Shown in pieces: positions 14,785-27,230 of a DNA stretch of 31,326 bases (positions are counted from its first letter, which is position 1; every line of letters starts with the position of its first letter). The position numbers were made by a program, and so were the translations under genes. Below the pieces are notes generated by a model. That model was not told the DNA's origin and ran no database searches. It saw nothing but the letters and a program-made list of their open reading frames with translations. Source of the DNA: Eledone cirrhosa (Eukaryota); the NCBI GenBank assembly GCA_964016885.1, contig CAXHJY010000893.1, forward strand, positions 1 through 31,326. Reading direction: 5' to 3'.

Positions 14785-15327
14785 GCCCTTCTCTCTCTCT
14801 TTCTCACTCTGTCTTTCATTTTCCTTTGTTGTTCTCCTCTCTCTCTTTAATGCTTTCTCTCTCATACTCTCGTTCTTTTTTCATGATCTTTCTTTCTTCT
14901 TTTATGCTACTCTTGTTCTTTTATACTCTCTCTCTTTTATTATTTCTCCTCCTTTCATTTTCTCACTCTTTTATACTTACTCTCTTTCGTTCTTTTAATC
15001 TCTCTTTGTCTTTCATAATGTCTTTTTTTCCTCTCTTTCTCTAACTCTCATTTGGCTGTCTCTTCTTTTTTAACTGTCTCCCTTACTTATTTTTACTCTC
15101 TCTCCCTAACTTTCTTTTCCTATATCAATCTCTCCTCTTTTTCTACGTCTGTTTCTCTTCCCTGTCTTTCTTTTTTACACCGCTCTGGCCTCTTTCTCTA
15201 GTTTTCTTTTTTTCCTGCATCTCCTTTCATTCTTTAACTACATCTCTCTCTTCTCACTTTTCCTGTCTCTTTTTTCTATATCTCTCTCTGTCTTTCTTTT
15301 CCTACATCTCTCTCTCTCTCCTCCCCT
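14785..15327. repeat. Polypyrimidine low-complexity tract
   Basis: CT-rich. Similar tracts at 4130-4510 and purine-rich tracts at 3075-3205 and 3655-3950. Confidence 0.8.
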
Positions 15328-15995
15328 CAAAACGGAGGAGTGTGATGTAGTAGCCATGGACACCCAAAGGGAAGTAATGGCTGCCGTTTCCGCACATACG
15401 AAAACAACGGCAGGGTGTTTGAGGAAGAAGCGATGAGACCCGAGTAAAGAGTCCAAAAATGGAAAGAAATATATAAATTATATGAAAATAAACACATAGC
15501 AAGCATATTAGCGTGCAGAAATATATATGAGCATGCAGTAACACGACATTTCATATTAGTATGATAGGTAGAGGGAGAAAACCATGTGTGTGTAATCAGT
15601 ATTAACAGATCATCGTTATTATTTATAATAGTAGTGGGGATCATTGTCGAGTGAGAACATCAGAAGCCCTCGGTTGTGGTTTCAATAATTGGTTGGGTGA
15701 AATTGAAATATCTAAAAAATCACTTCAGTTGCGCACGAAAACATAAGCAACTCGTCATACTATGGCTTCTGTAGTGAAAAAAAAATTTACAAGAGGCGGG
15801 AGACGTTGTGCCTAGTCAATGGATGTCTGTAGTTAAGGGCGTAAAGAGGAAGTGAAGTAGTAAATACAACTCGAAAGGTATTTTTAAAAAAAGCTATTTC
15901 TCTTGACTAAACGAAATACTAATACATATATATATATATAATGTATATAATATATATATATATTATATATACATTATATATATATATATATATAT

Positions 15996-16196
15996 AACGA
16001 AGGAAGTGTGGTAAGGAACCAGATGGACCATAACGCACCAGAGTACTCAATACTTAGGGTAGTAGAGTGAGTAATAAGAAAATGTTCAAGACCCCGACGG
16101 CAGAGCTCAAGCCGTTTCGACAGCTATTTCTGGACTCTAGAAATAGCCGTCGAAACGGCTTGAGCTCTGCCGTCGGGGTCTTGAACATGTTCCTAT
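15996..16196 (-). mobile_element. Element C: second copy of element B in the opposite orientation
   Basis: 15996-16080 is the reverse complement of 9761-9845 with few substitutions. Palindrome at ~16074-16196 centred at ~16135. Confidence 0.85.
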
Positions 16197-16408
16197 GTAT
16201 ATATATATATACGCATATAAGTGCTCACATAGCTAATTCACAGATTGTAGATTAGATGTCGACATATACCCATACAAACGAGACACAAAATACACTGACG
16301 CATTAGCACATATATACACACATGCACAGACGCACAAACATAGTGACAGATACTTAATGTACACAAACACCTAGCGGGCACAAACACACACATGCGAATG
16401 AGCACTTA

Positions 16409-16540
16409 CATATAGGCCTACACAGGCGATTGTGTATATACATATATATGTATGTATATATATATATTTATAGATATTTATATATATATATATACATACA
16501 TATATATGTATATACACAATCATCTGTGTAGGCCTATATG
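16409..16540. repeat. ~130-bp inverted repeat with a TA-rich centre
   Basis: CATATAGGCCTACACAGGCGATTGTGTATATAC... pairs with ...GTATATACACAATCATCTGTGTAGGCCTATATG. Confidence 0.85.
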
Positions 16541-17070
16541 CGTATATATATCATTTGTAGCTTGTACTCCTGCGTTGTTTTTTATATTCCTATATATATA
16601 TAGTGAATTGTTTAAATATATACACACTCTACATTAGAAACGCGCAAGTACACGTACACACACACATACAAGGTCATATGCTCACATACGCGCATGTACA
16701 CATACACTTCAAGACAATACACCATCACTGTCTCTCTTGCTTTCCTTCCCCACTCACTGACTGACATTTTCGCTAACAAAGACTCACATATACTTGTATG
16801 AAAGCATATACACACACACACACACAAAACTGTACGTTATGCCTACACTAGATCCATACATACATGTATGTGTATGCACATGAATTTGTTTTTAGTAATA
16901 CATAATACATTCGCAAATACGCAAAATTATAACACACGCATACATATCTGTCAACGTGCACAACACGTATAGTCTCTCGCTTTCCCTCTCACATTTTCTA
17001 ACCGATACATACACATGCGCGCGCGCATGCATAGATAATATATGATGCAATAAATGTTATTGTGTGTATA

Positions 17071-17121
<51 letters not shown>

Positions 17122-17180
17122 ATATATATATATATATATATACATACATACATATATACATACATATATATATATATAGA

Positions 17181-17214
<34 letters not shown>

Positions 17215-18127
17215 TGTATCCATATATATAATTTTGTTTATCTTATTTACATGCAATATAGCTATATCATTTCAACCTGCTTGTGTGCATGCATACACAC
17301 AATACACTTGCACATGCGGACTTAAACAGACAAAAATATATTCTCACATACACCTTCACGTATAAACAAACAAGCAAAACTACATACACACACATGCATA
17401 CAGAGAGACGCGCACACACATACACATAGTACACCTAATTTCACACACACACAGAGACGCACACGCGATGATGATATTCGCACATAATACAGATTTATAC
17501 ATAGATACAATTTTACATAAACATACGCACCCATTACACATGCTATCATGAAACAAATGTAGACACAATTACACATAGAGTGAAACAATTATAATCAACA
17601 GAACGCATATACGTACATGCACATATTTATAAAAGCAACATAGAGCGGAAACCCACAAATGGAAACCTACACACATTTACTTACATATACGCATATAGGA
17701 ATGAACACAAATACAAACACGCGGCTACTCGTACACCACATATACAGTTGCAAATATACAAATGTACACACCTTTTCCATGACCGACACACATTGACACA
17801 TATGTACTTATATATATTTGTGTGTGTGTATCGAAGGGGTGTGTCCATTTCTATGTATATTTACAGCTGTATATGTGCGCCAGTAACCGCGAGTTTATGT
17901 CCACAGCTATGTATATATGACTAATGGCAGCTTAAGGATGACAAAATGTATACAGCTCCGAAATAATTTTTTTCTATTAATCTTTTGATGAAGGGATTTT
18001 ATCCTGTAAAGAACTACCAGGTAACACCTCAACATCACTGTTATCATATTTAACATTTGCCGTCCAATTCACATTGTGGTAGCTATTAAACAAAACACAC
18101 ACCCTCATTTCTCTCTCTCTCTCTCTC

Positions 18128-18181
<54 letters not shown>

Positions 18182-18186
<5 letters not shown>

Positions 18187-18235
18187 GAAAGGTATAGAAA
18201 ACACTGCAGCGAAAAGCCAACAGCACTTCATAATA
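18182..18235 (-). repeat. 54-bp insert within (TA)n, homologue of 14135-14188
   Basis: Reverse-complement similarity of about 80%. Confidence 0.75.
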
Positions 18236-18569
18236 TATAATATATATATATATACACACACACACTATATATATATATACACACACACACTTACGGTAAA
18301 CATGTTGACTAATCGGGGTTGTGTATGTAACGCACCAATCAGTGAATAATGATGCAATTCAATTAAGCACTCAGCGTTAAGTATCTTCTTCGGAATAAGA
18401 TTTGTCAGTCAGTCAGTCAGTCAGTGTAGAATAAGGAAAATGCGAAGTTCGATGTAGATGTTAAAAAGTCCTTTATTAACAAAGCTGTGATACATATTTC
18501 AATGACGATTGTGGCTACATGATTGTTCAATCATACAACCAGTCACGCGATATCAGCAGACAGCATCAT

Positions 18570-19427
18570 ATGTAACAAAGTTACATTTCCGAGGTAATTT
18601 AATCTAAAGATAAGGGAACGGATACAAATGCTGTTTTCATAGTCGAAGTTCGTTCCCTTGTCTTTAGGTTGGATGACGAGCAACTGCGTGAGCTGGTGGA
18701 AGCTGACCCACGCCAGACATCACGCCAAATCTCCGGCATGTTTGCGGCATCGAAAATAAGGCATGCAACAGAGAAGGTATCTAAGAAGCTGGACCAATGG
18801 AGTGCCCCACAATCTGAATGCCCGTAATCATGAATATCGGGTGCGACTTCTCTGTTCTCCTACCATCGCACAACCAACTGGTTACATTCCATTGTCACTG
18901 ATGATGGAAAATGATGTCTCTACATTAATGTCAAGCACAAGCGAACGTGGGTTGATAAAGAGTGCACCACAACGGTAAGCAAAGGCCCTACTGAGCGTTT
19001 GGTGTGACTAGAAAGATGTCATGCACTCCGAGCTGTTCCCACTGACACCAGCATAACCTCTGACGTCTATTGCGAACAACTTGACAGATTAGCGGCGAAT
19101 AACGCACAGGTACGTCCTCACCGTGGTCCTGTTCGATTCTTTCATGATAATGTTCGGCTGCATACATCAAGGACGACCCGTGAGAAGCTGCTGGAGCTAG
19201 GTTGCGAGGTTCTGCCCCACCCGCCGTATTCATCCGACCTCAAGCCTACAGACTATCAGATTTTTTTCTCAATGAGAAAGACCTTCGCTAACGAAAACTA
19301 GTTAAATCTGTGGCTGACGGAATTCTTTGAATCGAAGCCAGAAGAATTGTGCAGGGATGGAATCATGTGCCTTCCTAATCGATGGCAGACGGTAATCGCA
19401 AATGATGGTGATTATTTTGACTTCTAA
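18570..19427 (+). pseudogene. Decayed mariner (DD34D) transposase
   Basis: Across frames: VTKLHFR; LDDEQLRELVEADPRQ; W-VPHNL; IVTDDGK*; HDNVRLH...HPPYSSDLKPTDY (34 residues between the two Asp); LPNRWQTVIANDGDYFDF*. Contains stops, frameshifts and deletions. Confidence 0.93.
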
Positions 19428-19449
19428 AATTTTACTAATGAAAATTTAA

Positions 19450-19481
19450 AAAACGGCGAGAACCTTCTATCCAACCTAATA
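19450..19481 (+). mobile_element. Mariner right terminal inverted repeat plus TA
   Basis: Ends ...TATCCAACCTAA-TA, the typical mariner TIR end. The left TIR is not recognisable. Confidence 0.75.
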
Positions 19482-19497
19482 TGTGTGTGTGTGTGTG

Positions 19498-19558
<61 letters not shown>
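19482..19558. repeat. (GT)n microsatellite
   Basis: Seen directly. Confidence 0.95.
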
Positions 19559-19559
<1 letters not shown>

Positions 19560-19560
<1 letters not shown>

Positions 19561-19745
19561 CATCCCCAATAATTTTTACGTCTGCTTTTCCTTGCTTGAA
19601 TGGGTTGGACGGGTTTTCTCCAGTACAGCTTTCTTCCACTTGTCAAGTTCATTCGTCATCTCCACTGTGAGGTTCCGCATTTGGAGACCAGCTCTCACCA
19701 CTTCTACTCAGGTTTTCCTCAATCTTCCTCTTTTACAGCACGCGA
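19560..19745 (-). mobile_element. 3' end of an RTE-clade LINE
   Basis: GRLRKT*VEVVRAGLQMRNLTVEMTNELDKWKKAVLEKTRPT, then the AACCCAT...GCAGACGT tail. Confidence 0.75.
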
Positions 19746-20114
19746 TATTATAAACAAAACTAAACTAAAACCCCGCTTTCTTTGAAATCACAATCATAAC
19801 ATTTGACGGAGTGTGTCGCTTCTAAAATCGTTTAAGTGTAAAACTGCTCATTCTTCATTTTTTCCTGAATGTCTAGATAAACTGCATCAAGTTGACGTAG
19901 AACAAAAAAGACACAAATATGCAACGCTGCTCACAATCAGCTTATATATTGTTAAGATTGCGGATCGAATTACAAAAACGTTGCTCAATCTGTTGGTAAT
20001 TAATTCGAAGTCTGCAAAAAGAATTTTTAACAAATAAATATAAAAAAAAGGATAAATGAAAATATGAGATTGAATTTGTCACAACATTTCACACAAATAC
20101 ATTTCAAAAGTGTT

Positions 20115-20605
20115 TTTAGGCAGGGCCAGAGCAACTTTCCATCAGTTGAGAGATGTCTGGAGCTCTTCTGCTCTCTCGACTAACACTAAGATATTCAATA
20201 TCCCTGTGAAGCATGTTTTGCTATATGGGGAAGGGGCCCGGAAAACTGCCATTACCACCATGAAGAGAATACAAACGTTCATCAACACCTGTCTCAGGAA
20301 AATTCTTCGGATTCGCTGGCCAGACATGATTAGTAAACAGGAACAGAAGCAGCGAACTCAGCAAGTGTCTGTCTATGATGACATTTTTTAGAGGCAATGG
20401 AGATAGGTTATTCACACCCTTTGAAAACAACATCTAGTACTATAAAGCAAGCTCTGACCTGGAAAATAAAAAGAGGAAGACCTAAGAATACCTGACACCG
20501 TGATCTGAAGGAACAAGCGGAGGTAGGACATTCCTGCGGGACATTTGGAGCGACTAGCCCAGGGTTGAGATGGCTGTAGAAATTTTGTTGGTGGCCTATG
20601 CTGTT
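20115..20605 (+). pseudogene. RTE-clade LINE ORF C-terminal fragment
   Basis: GRARATFHQLRDVW...VLLYG...IQTFINTCLRKILRIRWPDMIS...KQALTW..KRGRPKNT...FVGGLC, with stops and frameshifts. Confidence 0.9.
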
Positions 20606-20882
20606 GGTGGTGGGATGGTGGTGTGGACCAAAACTGTACCGAAGTCATTGGCTCCAGTAAATCTGTTTATAAGCGTGCCAGTGTTGTGTATATGCGTGAG
20701 TGTATAAAGTGTGTAGGTATACATATTTGCATGCGTGTGTGTGTATATTCATGAGTGTGTATATGCATATTTGCATGATTCTGTCTGTGTATATGTATGT
20801 ATGCACATTTCTGTGTATGTATCCGTGTGCGTTTGTATGTGCATGTATATGCATGAGTGTGCGTGTGTGAGTATGTGTGTAT

Positions 20883-20917
<35 letters not shown>

Positions 20918-21212
20918 TAGGAGTAAGGTGAAATAAAATGAAGGGAGTGGAATGGTACCACTTTTCATACAATACTCCTTTTTTCCACCTTGTTTGAATT
21001 ATTGTCTACTTGGGTGGTAGAGGGGAGAGAACAATGTAAACCTAGATTTTCGTTTCCGTGGTGTCAGTAAAATTTATAGCAGAGGTCACCACCAGGTGGC
21101 TTACACCATAAATTCGTCATTTTAACGGAACTTTCACGAAAAAAAAAAAAGTCTGTCAAATGTTTTTTTTTGTTTTTTTTTCTGCCTCTATTCTTATACC
21201 TCACATCATAAA

Positions 21213-21366
21213 GCGGCGAATTGGCAGAGTAGTTAGAACGTCCGATAGAATGCTTTGTAGCGTTCGCTCCAGCTCTCTGTACTCTCCTAGTTCAAATCTT
21301 GCCGAGGTCGACTTTACCTTTCATCCTTTCGAGGTCGATAAACAACAGCTAGTACTGGGGCGATTC
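21213..21366 (+). mobile_element. tRNA-derived SINE, 5' part
   Basis: A box TGGCAGAGTAGTTAG, B box GTTCAAATC, core GCCGAGGTCGACTTTACCTTTCATCCTTTCGAGGTCGATAAA. Confidence 0.85.
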
Positions 21367-22611
21367 TTCATTCTTCTCTCACTCATTCACTCTTCTTTAC
21401 TCTCTTTTGCTGGAAGAAATCGGCTGTGTTCAGATCTGGAGAGGGGATGTGCTCCGCCAGGAGGTTTAAATGATCCAAGACATAACATATATCATGACTA
21501 TGGTGAACCTACGACTACACAAGAAGTTAAGGGCTCAGGCAATGCAAACGGAAAGACGTGTAGGTAGGGAATCACAGAAGACTTATGTTCTGAGAAAGAA
21601 GGACTGGGTGTAGTGGTTAGTGTGGGATCTGAAATATTGGGCGTAGCATGGATGATGTGAGGGAAGAGAAGGAAGTCGTTAGTGCTGGAAGCAAGAGACT
21701 TTAGTTTCTTTCAAAGGACACAACCACTATAGTAGCAATAGGAAAAGTCGTGGGGCGATAGCACGTAAGTGATTCAGACACTGGCGGGCATCTGTAAATG
21801 ACTTTGTCAATTAGTTGAGTGGCTTTGTGGTTAGGGTGCCGAGGGTCGATATGCCTGAGCTGAGCAATGGGCTGAGCTCCTGCTGGCCTACAAAATGGCT
21901 CAAATAGGTTGTGTTTATCACCTCTCCCGGCCAAACTCCCTCCCATGCGCCTCGCCACGGCACTAGCTTCACCAAATTGGGTTGGGTGTGAAAGTGAGAG
22001 CTTGGCGCTATAACCGATGCAATGTTTGGATTACACTATCTTAAAATGCATATACTTGCGGCTGGGCACCCCGAAGAAACTCCATTTAAATGAACTTATA
22101 CCATGAATTCCTTCGATGGAGCCGGCTCAAACCCCCCTCCCCGGTGAACGCCACCACTAATACAAGTAGGGTAGGAGTCTCAAACTCAAGGGCATAAAAG
22201 GACCTTTACTTCCCGAAGAAGAGGAACAGCGGGTCAAAAGCGAGATGAGTAGGTGGGGTGAGATGATTTCTACCAGTTATAATGCTAATCAGCAATACAG
22301 CTGCTAGGCTGTTATTTTTTTCTCTCCATCAAAATGAATATATATATGATAGTAAGTGTGATATGTGAATTAGTACAAAATGTGGTGAGACAAATTTTCT
22401 TAAATTTCGTTTTTACTTTTGGTAAATCCCCTTTTTTCCGTTTTCACTTTTGATAAATTCCATTTTTTTTTTCAATTTTATTCATGGGAAAATTGCAGTA
22501 AATGATATTATAAATATTATTAAAACAGAGAAAGCAAAAGCAATGTGCTCTGAAAATTGTTCTGCCGCAGGCCATAGAAACGTAGTTTGCGGGTTGCGTG
22601 TTTGAAACCTC

Positions 22612-23338
22612 TGGGCTAAGGTGTGTTTGGTTTACAATCGTGAGTTCGATTCTTGGACAGGGTGGAGCGTTCTGTCCTTGAGCATGACACTTTATTTCAC
22701 GTTGCCCCGCAACAACAACAACTACAACAACATCAAATAGACTGTACAACACCCACAACAACAACAACAACTACAACATCAAATAGACTGTACAACACAC
22801 GCAACAACAACAACAACTACAACATCAAATAGACTGTAAAACACCCGCAACAACAACAACTACAACATTACAACACCATTAACAACAACTACAACATTAA
22901 ATAGATTGTATAACACCCACAACAACAACTACAACAGGATCAAATAGACTGTACAACACCCACAACAACAACAACGACTACAACATCAAATAGACTGTAC
23001 AACACCCGCAACAACAACAACAACTACAACATCAAATAGACTGTACAACACCACCAACAACAACAACTACAACATTACAACACCATTAACAACAACTACA
23101 GCATTAAATAAATTGTATAACACCCACAAGTCCACACAGCTAACAAAACTTAGTTACACCTGTAATTTAAATGACCAGTCTTGTCACACACTGTATTGTG
23201 CTGAATCTACCCCAGAACTACGTTAGAGGTACACGTGTCTGTGAAATGTTTAACCACTTACATGTTAATTTCGCAAGCAGGCTGTTCTGATGGTTGAACA
23301 ACTGGAACACTCATCGTCGGAAATGATGGTGATCCAAC
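22612..23338 (+). mobile_element. tRNA-derived SINE split by a minisatellite
   Basis: GTTCGATTC...GTCCTTGAGCATGACACTTTATTTCACGTTGCCCC (to ~22709), resuming AGTCCACACAGCT...CTACGTTAGAGGTACACGTGTCTGTG...CAACTGGAAC (from 23129). Confidence 0.7.
22710..23127. repeat. ~43-bp CAA-rich minisatellite with ~210-bp higher-order duplication
   Basis: Unit (CAA)n-CTACAACATCAAATAGACTGTACAACACC. The variant block CATTACAACACCATTAAC...ATTGTATAACACCCAC occurs twice. Confidence 0.92.
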
Positions 23339-23494
23339 ATTAGTCGATTGTCCTTTGAATGCGGTCAAGGTTGTATGTGTATGTAAGTTGCAACAGCACC
23401 GTCCCAGATGTGGCAGCAACACCGTCCCAGATGTACGAGCAGATGTGGGAGGAGAATTGTCCCAGATGTAGGAAAAGTCATCTATTCACTCAGT

Positions 23495-23545
23495 TTTGAC
23501 TCATGCCTTTCACCGCTCCAGGGTGGATAAACAAAATGAATACGA
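23495..23545 (+). mobile_element. Old SINE core fragment
   Basis: GACTCATGCCTTTCACCGCTCCAGGGTGGATAAA resembles the SINE core. Confidence 0.35.
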
Positions 23546-24281
23546 ATCAATGGGGAACCACAGCGATCTGGTAAGGGAGAAGATGGAGCCCTCCTTAACC
23601 ACCGAAGGATGAAGTTAACGCTTTAGCTGTCTCGTGATACTGATGATCACTCTACGCAACTGCGGTGTCAAGGGTATGGGGGAGGTGCAAACAGCACATG
23701 CAGTGCAACCGGTGGAGGGAGTCCGACGCACATCTCGTAAGTTTGAGGCAAGAAAAGTGGAAAAAATTGTCACAGTTGTAACAATTCCTTCCTTCCTTCC
23801 CTTCTTCCACCTATTCCACGTGGCACACAAATGATATTGATGGACTTCTTGTGGTGTGTGGGTGGGTGGGCTGAGGACCGGAGGAATGAGAAGGAACTCT
23901 GAGTTGTCAAGGAAGGTATTGTGTGTGTGTGTGTGTGTGTGTGTGTTACCCTGTTAAAAACTTGTTTACACTGGCTCATGTTGCCGCCGCCGCCGCCATC
24001 ACGGCTGTCGCCAAAGTCACCGCCACCGCTGTCACCAATGTCATCGTCGCTGCTGACACCACAGCCACCTCCGCCACCTTCTTTGTTGTCATCGTCACTG
24101 CTAACTGATCTATAACCTCTGTTGTCTTTCTGATAATGGAAGGGTGTGGGGTGAACGAGTGAAGTATGGGTCAAGAGATTGATAGATAGAGAGAAGTAGA
24201 GAGAAAATGAGAGATAGAGAAAGGCTGAAGAGTTAATCTGGGTTCAGAATCCCCTTTTAGTTTATAATCAACAGATATATG

Positions 24282-24570
24282 GCGGCGGCGGTGGTGGTGG
24301 TGGTGTTGGGTAGGAGATATGATATTTGTGGCGGCGATAGTTCTTGATGATGATGATGGTGGCAGTGCTAGCCGGGGGGGGGGGGGTAACTGTGGTAGTT
24401 TCGGTGGTGATGGTGGTTGTTGGTGATGGTTGTTGTTGGTGATGGTAATGATGGTACTGGTGACAGTGATGCTGGTTGTGGTAGTGATAGTAATTTCGAT
24501 GGTTGTGGTGGTAGTGGATTTGTTGTTGTTGGTGTTGGTGTTGGTGTTGGTGTTGGTGTTGGTGGTGGTG
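24282..24570. repeat. GGT/GAT/GTT trinucleotide low-complexity region
   Basis: Seen directly; includes (GTTGGT)n. Confidence 0.85.
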
Positions 24571-24611
24571 ACAGTTGTACCGTTAGTCAAGCAATCAATT
24601 TCCCTGCAACT

Positions 24612-25085
24612 AGTACAGTCAGTCGTTGGGGTGCCACACTAAGTGCTTTTGTGGTTAGCTGTCGCCACTGGCCTCTGTTCTCCGTCATGCTAGAAAGGTT
24701 AGATGTTTTGTGACCTGTCCAGTCTTTGATGTTGCCGGACCAGGATTTTATTTGCTTCTTCTCCGTCCTCCCTTGACTATGTCTGGTTTTAGACAGGGAG
24801 TTTAAAAGAATCTTGCTCTTTTCTGAGCTGATCTTCATTCCGTATGCTCTTGGAGCTCTGCTTCGTATGCTCCTGGAGTTCTGGTGGTGGCCTCCTGGAG
24901 TTCTACTTCGTTGCTTCCTAATAGGTCAACATCATCAGCAAAGCACAGGCTGGAAATGGGCCGTCCTCAACGGAAAAAGTTGTGTAGAAGTCTTGGGGTG
25001 TCTCTTGTATATACTCCAAGAAGACATTATTGTCGAACTCCAATTGTTGTCCTGGAAAATTCTCCGACGCCACGAATAACTACTT
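24612..25085 (-). pseudogene. Internally deleted RTE-clade reverse transcriptase fragment
   Basis: GEFSRTTIGVRQ; GRPISSLCFADDVDLLGSNEVELQE; YGMKISSEKSKIL; QIKSWSGNIKDWTG...RGQWRQL. Confidence 0.88.
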
Positions 25086-25304
25086 CTAGAAATTTCAGCT
25101 TTCTCATGCCTCTACACTTCAGATTTTGAAGTATGGAAGCGAGAGATTTCTGGAATTTCAACATACATTCAGAAATATATACATATATACACATAAACAC
25201 ACACATATATACACATAAACACGCACACACACACATACATACATTCATGCATACACACATAAACACAGACATACGCACACACACATACATACATGATGCT
25301 ATCG

Positions 25305-25530
25305 TGCAATGCCTGTGCATGAAGATTTTCTTTAGAGTGAGGTAAGACTGTGTATTGAGCCAATCCCACTCTCTGAACGACATTAGCTATAACCAGAAAA
25401 GAAGAAAAGATCAACATCATCGGTTACTGAGCGGCAGGTTTTATGTCGGAGTTATCCCAGTTGCCTTCTCCTAGAAGAATGCCATAGCAAAGGCTAGGGG
25501 TCCTTCACTACTAGTGGTTTAACCGCGCGA
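25305..25530 (-). mobile_element. Older relative of the bipartite RTE-derived element
   Basis: Shares GCAATGCCTGTGC, CCCACTCTCT, TCAACATCAT, CCTTCTCCTAGAA and CAAAGGCTA with 26281-26470. Confidence 0.75.
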
Positions 25531-25646
25531 TCAGGCATCCAGCACGATTATTTCCATGTCCCCGCGCATATACATACACATGCATAGATGTATATATATA
25601 TATATATATATACATATATACTCATGTATACATGTATATACATATT

Positions 25647-26050
25647 AAAAATATGCTCTGTTGTAGAAGTCAGCTACCCATATGATGTCAATGTGGTAAG
25701 AAAACTGCAAGAGAAGAAGGATACCTACCGACCATTTATGAGAAATTTGCAAATTTAGTTTCCAAGCTACACGTTCAGCTTCATACCCTAAATTATTATA
25801 GCTACAAGTTATATACCAATCCGCCTGGACCAAAGTATAACCGAGTTTGGATTTATGAAGAAAGAATCTAACCTCTTAATTCATAAGCTACAAATGGCTG
25901 CGATATCTGGAACCTTCAAAACCTGTAAAATATTTTTACGATTCAAAAAATGAACACTTGCACAAGAGACGACAATTTCCTTAACTTACAATCTTGACAC
26001 TGGAAGTCGGCCGGTCAAAAGTAAACTCAAACTTAAGAGAAAGATAGACC
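25647..26050 (+). pseudogene. 3' end of a restriction-like-endonuclease non-LTR retrotransposon (R4/Dong-like)
   Basis: KICSVVEVSYPYDVNVVRKLQEKKDTYRPFMRNLQI*FPSYTFSFIP...LIHKLQMAAISGTFKTCKIFLRFKK* (stop 25951-25953), then a short 3' UTR and (TACA)n. Confidence 0.7.
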
Positions 26051-26070
26051 ATACATACATACATACATTT

Positions 26071-26659
26071 GGTGGCTGCCAACTCGTTTTCGAGTACGGC
26101 CACTACTTTATATCCATGCAGAAGAACCCCTACCGATGCGCTGAACGAGTGTGACTTTTTAGTCCAGCCAGCGACATGAAAACTCTGGTATAAACACTAC
26201 ACTTGTGACAATTATTGACACATAGTGCTAGGCCCATTGTACCATGTGACGACAAGTGCAGAGAGATCTCCAGATATAAAGCAATGCCTGTGCCATGAAG
26301 GTTTTATAGTGAGCAAAGGCACTGCACAAAGCCAGTCCCACTCTCTTAACCAAGATGATATTTACCAAAAAGAAGAACAAGTCAACATCATTGGATACCA
26401 TCAGGGTTGCAGGTGTTATATCAGAGTTTTCCTTCTCCTAGAATTCTGCTTTGACAAAGGCTAAGGGGTCATCTCTCCCGGTGATTTTGGATGGCCATTG
26501 ACTCTTAAGAGCTCCTTTGCCCTTTGACAGGTTTTGTTTTTAGTCCTGCAGGATGTCCAAAGTCACCCTCCTCACCAAGAAACCTGGGTGGGGTTGCCAG
26601 TTTAGTCGCCAACGACCCGACCATGAGACCATGAGACCATGAGACAAGTTGTACTGGGA
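26071..26659 (-). mobile_element. Bipartite non-autonomous RTE-derived element, copy 1
   Basis: 5' part with CTAGGAGAAGGAAAACTCTGA joined to a C2H2-encoding ORF end (KCSVYTRVFMSLAGLKSHTRSAHR*), 3' end GTACTCGAAAACGAGTTGGCAGCCACC and a (TATG)n tail. Confidence 0.75.
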
Positions 26660-26714
26660 TACATACATATATACATACATATATATATACACATACGTAC
26701 ATATATATATACAC

Positions 26715-26797
<83 letters not shown>

Positions 26798-26823
26798 TAT
26801 ATATATATATATATATACAGATA

Positions 26824-26861
<38 letters not shown>

Positions 26862-26864
26862 CAT

Positions 26865-26963
<99 letters not shown>

Positions 26964-26993
26964 CATACACATATATATATATATATATACATA

Positions 26994-27024
<31 letters not shown>

Positions 27025-27184
27025 ACACATATATATATATATATACATACACATATATATATATATACATACACATATATACATACATACATACATATAC
27101 ATATACACACATACATATATATACATACATACATACATACATATACATACATATATATATATACATATATATATACATATATAT
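26660..27184. repeat. (TA)n/(TACA)n compound microsatellite
   Basis: Seen directly. Confidence 0.97.
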
Positions 27185-27230
27185 GGTGGCTGCCAACTCG
27201 TTTTCGAGTACGGCCACTACTTTATATCCA

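Noticed and set aside
15340-15456. Complex segment after a pyrimidine tract with a short ATG ORF
   Set aside because: Only 26 codons, with no recognisable homology or good splice sites.
18594-18642. GT...AG intron-like segment in the mariner N-terminus
   Set aside because: Splicing would not restore the missing N-terminal residues; decayed coding sequence plus a deletion is more likely.
18664-18674. TTAGGTTGGAT matching the mariner TIR
   Set aside because: It lies inside transposase coding remnant (RLDDE) and matches only 11 bp.
22710-23127. CRISPR-like periodicity
   Set aside because: No unique spacers, no cas genes and eukaryotic context; this is a minisatellite.
23640-23705. CTGATGA as a possible hammerhead core
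   Set aside because: No GAAA after a credible stem II and no stem I.
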